Assembly (NCBI RefSeq): GCF_006345805.1
Contig: NC_043001.1
Coordinates: 97,588,001-97,652,000, forward strand
Length of the DNA stretch: 64,000 bases
Direction: 5' to 3'
DNA from: Octopus sinensis
Taxonomy: Eukaryota
The notes beneath the pieces are model-generated. The model was not told the DNA's origin. It saw only the letters and a program-made list of their open reading frames with translations, and ran no database searches. Positions 38,635 through 50,849 of the stretch are shown in pieces. The translations under genes were made by a program, and so were the position numbers. Position 1 is the stretch's first letter, and each line of letters opens with the position of its first letter.

Positions 38635-38943
38635 CACTATTTACATTTGACAGATATTTGTCCTCATCTTGTTTGTTGTTAACACAACGTTTCGGCTGAT
38701 ATACTCTCAGGTATCTTGGGGGAATTTCGGACCTGGGTTCATTCCAAGGTATTTTTCGATGTTTTATTATTATTATTTTATTATTATTATTATTATTATT
38801 ATTCAGGTCACTGTCTGGAATCGAACTCAGAATCTTGGGTTAGTTGCCCGCGCTCTTAACCATTACGCTATATGCCTGTGGGCGTAGTGGTTAAGAGTGC
38901 GGACTACTAACCCCAAAATTCTGAGTTCGATTCCAGGCAGAGA

Positions 38944-39011
<68 letters not shown>

Positions 39012-39276
39012 GTAATAATAATAATAAAAATAATAGTAATAATAATAATAATAATAATTATAATAATAATAATAATAATAATAACAATAACATCGAAAAA
39101 CACCTTAGGAATGAAAACCCATGTTCGAAATTCCCCCAATATACCTGATGAAGGCTAGAGGGTATATCAGCCGAAACGTTAACAACAAACAATACGAGGA
39201 CAAATATCCATCAAATGTAAATAATGTAAATGTCGTAAATAAGGTACATAATTCCTCATCTCTTAAATATAGAACT
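38635..39276. mobile_element. Head-to-head pair of tRNA-headed, (AAT)n-containing, hammerhead-tailed elements inserted as one unit
   Basis: 10-bp TSD ACATTATTTT (38625-38634 and 39277-39286). Both arms have an A-box (T/G)(A/G)GCGTA(G/A)TGG and B-box GAGTTCGATTCC. The hammerhead core CTGATGA-A-GGCT..AGCC-GAA-ACGT-T is at 39145-39180, and a deleted-core copy is at 38681-38715. Confidence 0.85.
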
Positions 39277-39794
39277 ACATTATTTTTAGACTTACGTATA
39301 AGGAAAAAGTAATTTCAAAGAGACAACTTCTCTCCCATATTTTTGGAATCGAAGAAACCCATTTGTCAATTACTCTAAGCAGAGTTAAGGAAGGATTCTC
39401 AATGGGAAAAAGAAGAGGAAAACTAAATTATGTAGTTATGCCGGATCTAAAGCTTCATAGAAAGAAACGAAACTGTTGGGTTTCTTGTAAGAATATTTAG
39501 TAGAAATATTTAGATGGTATTCAGAATCAACAAATACGTTATGGCAGAGATGCAGTTGGGAAAAGCCATAAAAAATTATTGGAAAATATCTGAAGATGAT
39601 ATACCTTTGCAGGGAACATAGACATATACATATCTGAATTTGCCAATATTGTTAAGCAATAAAACCAAGAACACAGAAATGAAGGAATACCCCATTAAAG
39701 AATACTTTCACAGAATGAATATTTTGAATTCTAAAATTAATGCGAGGAACAGCAAAGAGGCAATCAACATGGCGTAAGCAGCATCAATAATGCT

Positions 39795-39995
39795 TCAATT
39801 AGGGATTGAAATATCTCTGGGAAACCGAGGAAGGTACCCAGAAAGTTCAGAATGGTACATCCCAAAAATATGTCGACCGTTTATGCTTGAAACGTCACGG
39901 GAGAAATAAGGTTTAAGAAAGTTCAAAGAGGCTGAATTATATATGTTTGGGTTGTTATTTTTAAAAGAAGGAATATTCTCTCTTAAAGGAAGCAA
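39795..39995 (-). mobile_element. Possible old LINE RT C-terminal remnant
   Basis: YFSRDVSSINGRHIFGMYHSELSGYLP resembles the RRxVASL..FYRY..G.CS.EL motif at LINE RT C-termini. The match is weak. Confidence 0.35.
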
Positions 39996-40107
39996 TAGCC
40001 ACGAGTCTATTTAGAGAACAGGTAGAGAATAGAAGAAGAGAAACAAAACAGAGTCACATGAAAAGCCGGGCCAGAGGAAATAAAACTTTAAAAGAAATAT
40101 ATATATA

Positions 40108-40138
<31 letters not shown>

Positions 40139-40309
40139 ATAATAATAAATCTCTGAGGAAGTTATAAACACAAGATGCACGACATCATGAAGTATATTTG
40201 CTACTTAAATGTGGTTAACCTTTAAAAGTGGATGCTACTGTAGCTTGTATTCCCCGGCGGACACCTCCTCCAGCTGGCTATTGACACACTATCTCAACCT
40301 GACATGATA

Positions 40310-40354
40310 CACTCGGACTCGAGTTTCTGGGTAATGACCCGTCATCACCGTGTG
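40310..40354 (-). ncRNA. Degenerate minimal hammerhead motif (GUC site)
   Basis: CACACG-GTGATGA-CGGG-tcatta-CCCA-GAA-ACTCGAGT-C-CGAGTG: palindromic 8-nt stem III and GUC triplet, but G3 is opposite G8 and the first stem II pair is a C-A mismatch. Confidence 0.6.
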
Positions 40355-40418
40355 ACAATCACCGGGTGTCGATGAAAATTGGTTCCCGATGCAAATATAT
40401 ATATCCTTTTTCCAGCGA

Positions 40419-40488
<70 letters not shown>

Positions 40489-40878
40489 GTATAAAACCCA
40501 CTTCTGTCAGTTATTTACTAAAAGATAAAAGAGTAAGGTATGCCATGGACAGAGAGCTTAGATTAGGGAACAATATTAACTATTAAAGTGAGTGATTTCA
40601 TCAGATCCCACCCATCCACAGCTTAATGAGGAAACTTGCAAATTGCGGCGGCTACCACCACTACCACCACCACCATAACCACCGCCACCACAGCCACCAC
40701 CCCACGTAGTTACTGAGGGCTTGCCGAATTAGAATGCTCATCTCATTCACCAAAAAAGCATGTTTGGCATGTCCATCAGGTAGTTAAAAAACATGCCTAT
40801 TATGCTCAGACGAAAGGAAGGCGGTCCGGTGATATTCCCAGTGGTTTCCTTTGAACGCAGTTGACCAATAAAACTTAC

Positions 40879-41093
40879 GCTTGATGAATAATCTCATCGC
40901 ATTGCTTGCGTCTCTAATTTGCTCGACTGACGGTATTTCTGTGCCAGAAGAGTTTATCTCTGTCCGGCGATGTCAGCTCGTTTTAACACTGCCGCACCCC
41001 GAATTTCTGGACATGACCCTGGTGGATCATTGAGGTCGTCCATAGCAGACCAGCAAATTGAATTACGTCGAAGCTCCTCCCTCCGACACTCGT
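40879..41093 (-). CDS. Putative exon B of an unannotated gene (phase 1-1; one base apparently missing near 40963)
   Basis: Acceptor ctatttatag and donor gtaagt. It reads (D)ECRREELRRNSICWSAMDDLNDPPGSCPEIRGAAVLKRADIAG, then in a shifted frame TEINSSGTEIPSVEQIRDASNAMRLFIK. Adding one base gives a 216-nt symmetric exon and a GTEI-GTEI repeat. Confidence 0.55.
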
Positions 41094-41354
41094 CTATAAA
41101 TAGCCCGTGTAGAATTGTTGCAGACTTCATTGCACAAGTTGTATAGAGTTATTTCTTCACTTGATGTAATTTTAAATGCTAACTGAATTATCTAGATCAC
41201 TCAAAGTGCAGTTCTGTCGAATGGACGAGATAGGAGAAAAATGCATCTCAAAAAAACAAAACAAAAAAAACAGAGACAAAACAATCACATTTTTTCAGTT
41301 AAGGGACTGTGGGCGATGTTATTAAATACGAGCAGATCTGCGATAAGTAGCTAC

Positions 41355-41424
41355 CACATTTCTGCTTCTCCACATAGCAGCTGTGACGTTCATTGAACCG
41401 TTTGGCCAGTGCAACAAGTCGTTC
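41355..41424 (-). CDS. Putative exon A (70 nt, phase 0-1)
   Basis: Strong acceptor ctctttaattttgtttag and a weaker donor gtagct. It reads ERLVALAKRFNERHSCYVEKQKC and is phase-compatible with both neighbouring exons. Confidence 0.6.
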
Positions 41425-41476
41425 CTAAACAAAATTAAAGAGCATTTCCCTCGTTCTCTTTTGAAGTGAACCGCAG

Positions 41477-41573
<97 letters not shown>

Positions 41574-42376
41574 CATACATATACATATACATATATATTT
41601 ATACATATATATAGGTTCATATTTTCTCACAATGGTCCCTTTCTTACATTCTCTATGCCTGTTACTAGTTTTTTGCGCTTCTAGTTTTTCGCTATAAACT
41701 GTTTTATCAGCAATCTAAATTTGTTTTATGTTTTCTAAAATTATATACGATATTCTTACTGTTATGATTCTACTTATGTAATATCCAAAATCCCAATACA
41801 CCATATTATCCCCATGTGAAAAAGCTATATTCTTTGGTTTGCTATTTCTAAAAGCAATACTGCATTATCAAATATGTGTAATATATATTCATATACAAAG
41901 CTACACAATTTTTCTACAAGCTACACAGATTCAATGACATATCCATCTGCATATATTTTCATCTAGTATTTGTAGGTTGTACCTAATACATGTTAACCTG
42001 CTAGCGTGAACACAGAATATTAATTGACGCTTTATAATAATCTAAGATATGAAACGTATCCGTTCACACCATGTTATTCCTACAAAACTAAATTATCATT
42101 TTTCAGTTTTCTATAGGGTTTAAAAGAGAAGGTTTGGTTTAGTGTTTTTCATTTATATATATATATATTTCAAATGTTCAATTTATAATTCAAGTTCGTG
42201 TGGCATTCAACTGAGATGCATTCATCATACACGCACGCAAGATGTTAACTTCCAGCGACAGTTGGAAAATTAAAGATTCTCGACAGTTTTAAGTGAAATG
42301 GGAAATTTATATACGGTTAGATTATTTTTTTTTTAAACTTCCATTTTGTTTATCTTTCTTCGAGCTAAAATATTAC

Positions 42377-42526
42377 TCCACGTCGTTCATATCGTTCCGA
42401 AGGATTTGACATATCTTTTTCAGGCAAGTATGGCTTCGAAAATATTAGCTTTAAGCCGTTTTGAGTTTTATATAGGATTTCCGCATCTCTTCCGACGCCA
42501 TTGCATGAATAGGTCATGCAGAGCTG
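42377..42526 (-). CDS. Putative exon Z (150 nt, phase 0-0; possible ATG at 42517)
   Basis: CAGCAG acceptor with a weak pyrimidine tract and donor gtaata. It reads QLCMTYSCNGVGRDAEILYKTQNGLKLIFSKPYLPEKDMSNPSERYERRG and joins in frame to exon A. Confidence 0.5.
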
Positions 42527-42982
42527 CTGTCAGGATATCTTTATTAGTTACATCGCCTCATTTATGCCCTCACATATAAAGATTTTCGAAAGAAAAAGAA
42601 AAAAGAAAAACGTGGTGATTCTGTTGACGTTTATATAGCCAAAATGTCCCAACATTACTCAAATCATTCTGGTAATAGTAACTGACATATCTCCAAGCAG
42701 ATTCAAATTATATATTTATCCTCATCCCTCGACACTTGAAGGCTAGCTTATAATTTGTACTTCTCCTTCTCCCAAACATATTTATCCGTGAAAGATATGA
42801 CAGAATATGCAAAGGCACGTATAAAAAAATGTGTATTGTTTAAATGAGGGCATAGATCTACTCCGATACAGGTTTTTTTTTTATAATTAATTATAGTAAT
42901 TTTCATAAATATAAGTCTTCTTTTCAAAATATTGTAGCAATTAACAGATATCAAACCATTGGCATCAAAGTACTACCGTAAT

Positions 42983-43353
42983 GTGGAGGCGAAATTGCCC
43001 ATTAGTAACGGCAGCGGACTCGCGGTCGTAGGATCGCGATTTCGATCCCCAGACCGGGCGTTGTGAGTGTTTATTGAGCGAAAACACCTAAAGCTCCACG
43101 AGGCTCCGTCAGTAAGTCGTGGCGAAATCTGCTGTACTCTTTCTCTACAACTTTTTCTCATTCTTTCTTTCCGTTTCTGTTGTAACTGCATTTCAAAGGG
43201 CCAGCCTTGTCACGCGGAATCTCCCCGAGATCTACGTTGAGGTTACACGTGTCTGTGAATTGCTCAGCAATATACACTTTAATTTCACGAGCAAGCTGTT
43301 CCGTTGATCGGTTCAACTGGAACACGCTTCGTCGTAAGTGACAGAGTGCTACG
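42983..43353 (+). mobile_element. tRNA-derived SINE (family C) with TSD
   Basis: Head GGAGGCG...GTTTCGATCCC (degenerate). An 11-bp direct repeat ACTACCGTAAT lies at 42972-42982 and 43354-43364. Confidence 0.9.
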
Positions 43354-44559
43354 ACTACCGTAATTATAGATAAATTTTGGAATTGCAGGTTTTGGGTATG
43401 TCTCACATGTCTTCTTTGATTAAAGTTACTCTATAGAGAATGCATTACTCTCTTTGCTAATGGGGTCATTATGATCGGCCTCTATTTCAACGTGTCTGCT
43501 TCTCCATTCGTTCTCTCTCTGTTTCTCCACTCATGCGTCTGCTTCTCCATTCATTCTCGAAACATTTCATGATTATTATTCTTTGGAAACTTATACCAAA
43601 TTAAATCGCTCATAATAGATATCATGTTTCTCATCACATGATCTATATTTTAAAAAAAATACTTTTGTGAACAATTTCTTTGTTATATTTTAAAATAAAA
43701 TAGACTATACATTTAAAACTAGCATTGGCATGGCTTTTATGTTTGTCTGTGCTTATGGCTGGATATTGGTGCGTATGGGTTATTTATATTTCTATTAGAA
43801 TAATTATTTCACCGTTCTTGACAGTTTTGTGAATTTTATATCTTTATAATTACATATACTTTATTTTTCTTTAATATTCCTGATTCTATGTTTCTAAGTT
43901 ATTTTGATGTTATAGCTCTTTATTTTAGGATATTGATCAGCTTATTTTTATTCTTATGTAGGTTTACTATTTTCTTTTGACATCTAATTCAGTTTTGCTA
44001 AATAGTTTCTCTATAATTACACTATAAGAATATTTTCTAAGATTGCTATTAAGTGTTTATTACTCACCTCAGCCTTGTCAGCGCGATTTAAATCTTTGCA
44101 TTATGGAAATAGCGAGGCCGAAGTGCAATTACCGTTTCTATCAGATATATTGTTTTGCACCAAGTCATACATGATAAGGCAAACCGTTAAATCATCATGT
44201 TAAAATCAGGAGGGAAGGGTGGTAATTAGGACTACAATTATCAGATATGAACCCTTCCATGTTAAGAAGTGCGAATATTTTTTTAAGGAGATTTGTTAGT
44301 TACTCCTGGGCTCAAGGGTATAGCGGTCCTCTACATTCGACAGCTTTCCTTAGCTTATAGTAATGCTTTCAAGCATTTACACACATACACCATAAGAACA
44401 TGGTTCATATCTCTTTTATGTTCAACCATTCTAACAAGTTTTTTCTGTGTCAGTATCAGTGTGGTTGCTCTACAATCTAGAATTAGCTGTAAGTCATACA
44501 GCCATTAGATCTTATCATTTTACTTAAGGAATGCGTACATTTGCTGTACAACATTTGAC

Positions 44560-45650
44560 TAGTTGCTCCCAATATCAACTATTACTTTTGTTTTAGCAAT
44601 AACGTCACACATGAGTGGCGTAGATTTGAAAGAATGGATATATATTTCCTTTTACAGTATATAGTTTTACTCCCCGTTATTTTTCTGGGCTTTCCGATGT
44701 AGTTTTCAAACATATATAGCCTTCAAAAACATATATACCCTTCAACATATTCATTTATGTTTAATAACCTTGCAACTGTAACAAAGTTTACCCATACACC
44801 TTCAGGCTCCTGTAACATATATTTTATAAACATTGGATATCAGGTTTCTACAGCACGGATTGTTGGTTGATTTGATTGATATACCGAATCTTGTATATGA
44901 GGAGAAATATTCCCGTTAATCTTGTTATTGTTGCATTTTGCTTAGTTGTTGATATGCATCCTTTCTGTTTTTTTTCTTTTTCGTTATTTATTCAGAAATA
45001 TTTTATTCAGGATTGTATTATTCTATGTACCCTTCCTGATTTTGTGAAATGTGGATGAGATGCGCAGGACTTTTGGCTTCTCTGTTTCTTGTACGGATTA
45101 CTATGAGACTTAACTGACAGATTTTATGACTCAATACATTTCTCACAAGCCGAAGTATTTCTTTGTGTATCTTACCTTCGATGCAAACAGGATTTTTTCT
45201 TTAATATCTCAGATTGTGAGGTAAGTGTATGTAGCTGCTATTTCGAATATATCAGTAGGAGCGCGGCAGCTGATTATTACATTTCTAGACATATTTCTGA
45301 TTTTCAGTTGCAATGATTCCTAGTGCTGCTGACATAAAATGGCAGCTTGGTCCAGTAGATTTGTTTCAATTCTACTCGAACCATCCTTATAAAAAGCAAA
45401 ATTCTATAATCAATTCATAATCTCTACATGACGTCATGCAAACTTTATAACTGAGCAAGCAAGAGCAATAACATTCTTTCCATTCGAAATTATCTTGCAA
45501 ATGGTGTATTTGATTCTCTCGTAGTACATAAATCATTCGAATATCGCTTCGTTGTATAATTAAGTACATTCTTTACTGGGTACTCAAAACGCGAAGATAG
45601 CAGTGATATTCATGCATTATTCGACTTACTTTAGTATCACCTGTCTTGCG
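44560..45650 (-). mobile_element. Possible ancient RTE-type LINE endonuclease (APE) remnant
   Basis: LQLKIRNMSRNVIISCRAPTD resembles the IIQxYAPT motif, followed by ASKVR..KYFGL. It has many stops and is a by-eye match only. Confidence 0.3.
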
Positions 45651-46704
45651 TTGCACCTACTAAATAAGCAGGCGATTCTAATACATTACAAATAATTTAC
45701 TTCCAAAAGTGTGCACAACAAATACATAGTGGGTTTTTTTCTGTGTATTAATTGCCATATAAAATTCCCAGCAAGGAATTAGCAAAACGTCTTTATAAAA
45801 TTATGTTTCTAATTATTTCATTTTTAATGATATTTCATTAAATATGTTCTTAAGGTCATTTCTACGGATCTCATCTAGAAATTATAGCGCTGGCTATAAT
45901 TTCTATAGGAATTTCGTATCCGCGTCACCTGATGTAAACAAAACAATGAGATCGAAGATGAAAAATGGGTAATAGGCATATATGCCATATTTGGGGGACG
46001 GGGTTTCGATTATCCATCAGCACCCATTCCAAACATTAATCGTCCACGGACTCATTCCTTAAATAGTCAGTATATATGATGGTTTAACGTTATTAGATAT
46101 AACAATTTTACATATTAAACGAATTCCGGGAACCTGGTGTGTAAATATTCATAACGTGTAAGGACACCATATTTTGTTATACAACAGTTATGCTGGCTAT
46201 AAGGTGAATATTGATGTAACAGCACTGCTAACATAGTAGAGCACGTTAGTGACTTACAAAATATTTTAATATATTTCGTAGTACATTATGGCTGCATAAC
46301 AAAATACTGTGCCTTACATGTCATTAATATTCATTAAAGTTATATCTGAAGAGAACATAAAGCATAACGTGAGCTCCTTCTGTGTTTTATTTTTTAAATT
46401 ATATAAAAATTTGTAACAAGCATCACCGTACACATTACTTATTTAAACCGGGAAAATCAATTGTTGAAGTGCATTTTTGCGGTGAAAATACAACAGACAG
46501 ATCTCATCGTCGAGAATACGTATATCAAGGAATTCATTTCGTAAACCATGGTTTCGATAGCATCTCTGTAATACTGTCTTCTGTGGCTTGTTGAAAGTTA
46601 TGAATGGACACACATGCATACATACAAACATACATATATGAATACATACATACTGCATACATACACATACACACACACACACATATATATATGCATACAT
46701 GTAT

Positions 46705-47017
46705 GCATTGTTGTTTGTTCCTTCTCGAGCCATGTCTGACACATTGGGGCCAGTTTCCCGGTTTTCTTGGCGTATAGGTTCCCCACCTGGACGGCACGCA
46801 GGACCGCCGCAGGTGATCTGCAAGATGCAGGGGGACAGGTTGAGAGAAATTTGTGGTGAAAGGGTCAGTAGAAGTTCGCCATTATCTTCTGCCGGAGCCG
46901 CGAGAAGCTTAGGCGTTTCGCTCATAAACACACACACATCACCGGGTCTGAGATTCGAACTTGCGATCCCTCGACTGCGAATCCTCTGTTCTAACCACTA
47001 GGCCATGTGCCTCCACA
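46705..47017 (-). mobile_element. tRNA-derived SINE (family C-related)
   Basis: Head GGAGGCACATGGCCTAGTGGTTAG...AGTTCGAATCTC. The tail is related to 55985-56220. Confidence 0.85.
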
Positions 47018-47399
47018 CATGCATACATACATAAGTACAAATATATACACACACCCACATTTATATATATATATATATAACATATATATATACATAGATA
47101 TATACTTATGTGTGTGCGCGTGTGTGTGTGTGTATCTATGCATACATTTATATATTTACTAACATAATATTACACAGAAGTATAGTTGTGTAGTAGAACT
47201 GCAGGCAAATCTCTATAGCCACTTGTGATTTGTAAAATCAACACCAGATCTCCTTCTAATGCATGGGATATGCTGCAAAGTGCTTCTTTAAAGCTTATCT
47301 TACTGCATGATTGATTTGGGAAGAGATAAAATGTAAAACATGTGGGGAAATGAACACTTTAATTTCTATATGACATTTGAAATTGATTTTTAAATAAAT

Positions 47400-47780
47400 T
47401 GCGCTTGATATTTCAATCATATCTAGCAGAACATGAAGCATATGGTCCCATGCAATGTGTAAAGTATGACGTAGAAACTTTCCTACAAGCACTGTGAAAA
47501 ATTAGCTAGAAACTGTTATAAAACTAAGGACCAAAGAATTAGGTAGGTGTTTTAATTTCACTTCAATTTAAACACTTAAATGATATGATAATTTTTCAAT
47601 GTTTCAACATGTACTTGTCGAATGATTATTTTGATAGATAGGTGAGGTTTTCATAACTTTCAAAATTATGTTTCTTCTTTCTGCTGTACATAGCTGGCAA
47701 CATCGGCAGCCATTGCCGTAAGTTCTTCATTGTTAAGAGCTTTTCCATTTTTATTCAATAATAAATATCATTTTCCTTTA
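47400..47780 (-). mobile_element. Possible Tigger/pogo transposase C-terminal remnant
   Basis: LLNKNGKALNNEELTAM resembles ELL..HGEELTNEEL, and RKVS...CMGPY follows downstream. The match is weak. Confidence 0.3.
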
Positions 47781-48048
47781 GTAGTTCTATGTAATTAGAT
47801 TAAATTGTTGGTTTGTTGTAGTCGATAAGACTAGAGAAAGCAAAGTGTTCATCTGTCATATGCAAAAGTATCCTCTACCTTTTCTATACCACATTTTCTG
47901 TTGTTTTATATCTGCTTGTCATGGTAGAGCTAATTTCGGTGTCATACATTAGTCATACAATATTACATACACATGTATATATATGTATATACATATATTT
48001 ACGTATGTATGTGTTATGTATGTATGTGTATATGCACAATATGTGTGT

Positions 48049-48079
<31 letters not shown>

Positions 48080-48256
48080 AGTAATTTATAAGTGAGGCCA
48101 AAATATGCTGAAAATAGACACAACGTGTAATTTCGGCATATTTTGGCATTAGAAATTTTTTCATTCGACCTTTCTTATAAATTGTTTATACATTTAACCT
48201 TTAAAGATATTTTTTAATATGCTGGCCATTGATTGAATATTTTCGAAACTTTATCT

Positions 48257-48311
<55 letters not shown>

Positions 48312-48312
48312 T

Positions 48313-48345
<33 letters not shown>

Positions 48346-48603
48346 TATATATTATATATATATATATATATATAATATATATATATATGCACATGCACAC
48401 ACACAACACGTCATTCTCTCAGTTCCCGGAAGCAAATTCACTCATAAGTTTCCGGTCAGCCTGAGGCTATAGTAGTAAACATTTGCCACGCTTTGGGACA
48501 GAACTTGAAACCAAGTGAATAGGAAGTCAGCTTGGCGAAGAAGAGATAGTTTGTGGTGTATAGGTTTCCGTAGTTTCAGCAACAATCATCATATTTTCTA
48601 TTA

Positions 48604-49030
48604 TTTTTTATTCTTTTAATTGTTTCAGTCACTTGAATGCGGCCATGCTGGAGCACCGCCTTTAGACGAGCAAATCGACCCCAGGACTTATTCTTTGTAA
48701 GCCTAGTTCTTATTCTATCGGTCGTTGTTGCCGAACCGCTAGGTGACGGGGCATCGGTTTAGCAGAAACACAAATACTTGACAACCGGCATCGGTTGTTA
48801 AGTTATGTTGGGGGGACAAACACAAACAAAAACACCCACACTCACAGACACACACACGCTCACACACCCACTCAGACACACTCACACATATATATATATA
48901 TATATAGACGACAGGCTTCTTTCAGTTTCCGTCTATCAAATCCAGCCAGAAATCTTTGGTCGGCCCGAGGTTATAGTAGAAGACACTTACCCAAGGTGTC
49001 ACGCAGTGGGGCTGAACCTGAAACCGTATG
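48604..49030 (-). mobile_element. tRNA-derived SINE (family B); a decayed 3' half also lies at about 50555-50745
   Basis: Full body with the tail GGCGGTGCTCCAGCATGGCCGCATTCAAGTGACTGAAAC. Confidence 0.9.
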
Positions 49031-50849
49031 AACTATTGGACAACGGATTCGATGGAAGATGAGATTTTCTTAAAGTTTGTGAGAACGCGAAAGCATTTGT
49101 GAGGCTCAGAAAAAATGTCTTTTCCACTCAGTCACGGTGATATTACTTTAATGCGTTTATGACACCGTTTCAATTGATATTCCGTTCACCTTTCTCAAAG
49201 GAAGAATATGACACTTGAATAACTTCTAAAATTTCTGTATCCTGTATATGTACACTGAAACCACGTTTTGAAACGTGGTAAGTATTCAAAGCTAATTGCT
49301 GTAAAATACAAGAAAATCACGTTCAATATCTACCATTTAACAGATTTTTAAGTTACGTTTCCATGTTCTGTTTCCAGTACATATATCCACTTGTTTGTAA
49401 CAAAGGGAAAACGACGAGGCCATTAGCAGATTCTGATGCCCTAGTCCAGGTACGTTCTATATTTACAGGAAAAATTTGAGTGATACGATTAGCTCAGTTA
49501 ATTAGCAACACAGATATTAATATCATATATCACGTCCATCGATATAATTTATGTTTAGTCTATTAATTTATTGATGGATTCAAGAATCTTCGTTTTGGAG
49601 TCATGTTATTTTGGAAGAAACGCGTACAAATGATTTTGAAAGTCAAATTAAATGAATTCGAGTAAGATTAAAATTAAAAAAGAAAAGAAAAAAGGCAGTG
49701 AAATTTTACAGATAACTTTTTAAACAGAGAGCACTGTGTTAGTTTTAACGGATATATTTTTGCAGTTAGGTGCTAATTGCATTGGCAAGGACATCATTTT
49801 CGTAATTTCCTGTTCTTGGTAAAAATAAGCATTCATTCGAAAGTAAGAAATCATTATAATTATGAAGACCAATTGAACACTTATTTTCCCTTTATTTTCA
49901 GTATATATAAAATATGTAATCTTAAATAATGGATCAAGACAAACGTGGTATATTTTAGCATCATATTCTAAAATTATTAAATATCATCGACCAGCATATG
50001 TTTTCGTATATGAACGTATCTCCAGTTATAAATATGCAGAAAACTTGAGCATCGGAATGTAAAATCTGATAATAAAAGAGAAAACAATGTAAATTAAACA
50101 AAACAAAGAAAAATGTACTGATATGTATAAGAAGCATCTCAGAAAAGATTGATTATAGGGAATACCATTTCAGAAATATCTTCTTTTTCTATTATGCTAT
50201 GTTATGTTATTTTGATTACACATCGGGGAAACGAAAAGCTTGGTGCATGCGCGCAAACATGCATAATAACATACCAACAAGCGGAGAAATCTTAACTTTT
50301 ATTCAAACGTATGTATATGCGTAATTGCAAATACTAGGACCATGTATTTATATATATATATGTAAATATATGTGCATACGTGTGTGTGTAAAGTTTGAAT
50401 TATGATTAGGCCTAATAGTATAGTTTTTAAGTATCAGATTATAAATACGTGTATACGTACGGCTCGACTTTATAAAGATTCACATATCTGTTGAATTTTG
50501 ATATGATGCACGCGGCTCGTTCGCTACCTAGATAAACAAAATACAAGTTATACATACTTTTATCTGCTTCAGTGAATTGATTGTAGGCATGCTGGAGCAA
50601 AGCGCTTTTTGTTTCGAAGAAATCGACCTCTCGGCTTATTCTTTGTGAGCCTGGTGCTTAGTCTATTGGTCTCTTCTGCCGCAGCGCTAAATCAGGGGTA
50701 CGTAAACACACCAATTTCAGTTGTCAATCGAAAGCGAGGTGTGTGTTCGAGTAATGCTACTTTTTTTTCTGTCGTGGGCTTATATGTCCCATTACTAAAC
50801 TATTTTCTTTAGTCATTGCGCGGTGATCGCTTATAGGCTTATAAAATAT

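Noticed and set aside
38881-38940. tRNA gene (also the other SINE heads)
   Set aside because: A and B boxes are present but there is no acceptor stem, and each continues into a repeat body. These are SINE heads.
41095-41131. TATA box plus Inr on the + strand
   Set aside because: The spacing is long (34 nt), and the TATAAATA is the complement of the exon B splice acceptor.
46540-46590. Minus-strand CAGAAGA..GAA-ACCATGGT motif
   Set aside because: The palindrome is present, but stem I does not pair and the stem II register is inconsistent. At most it is a decayed relative.
47694-47717. Plus-strand 24-nt micro-exon with good splice signals
   Set aside because: There are no partner exons on the + strand, and the opposite strand reads as a possible Tigger-like remnant. 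It needs RNA evidence.
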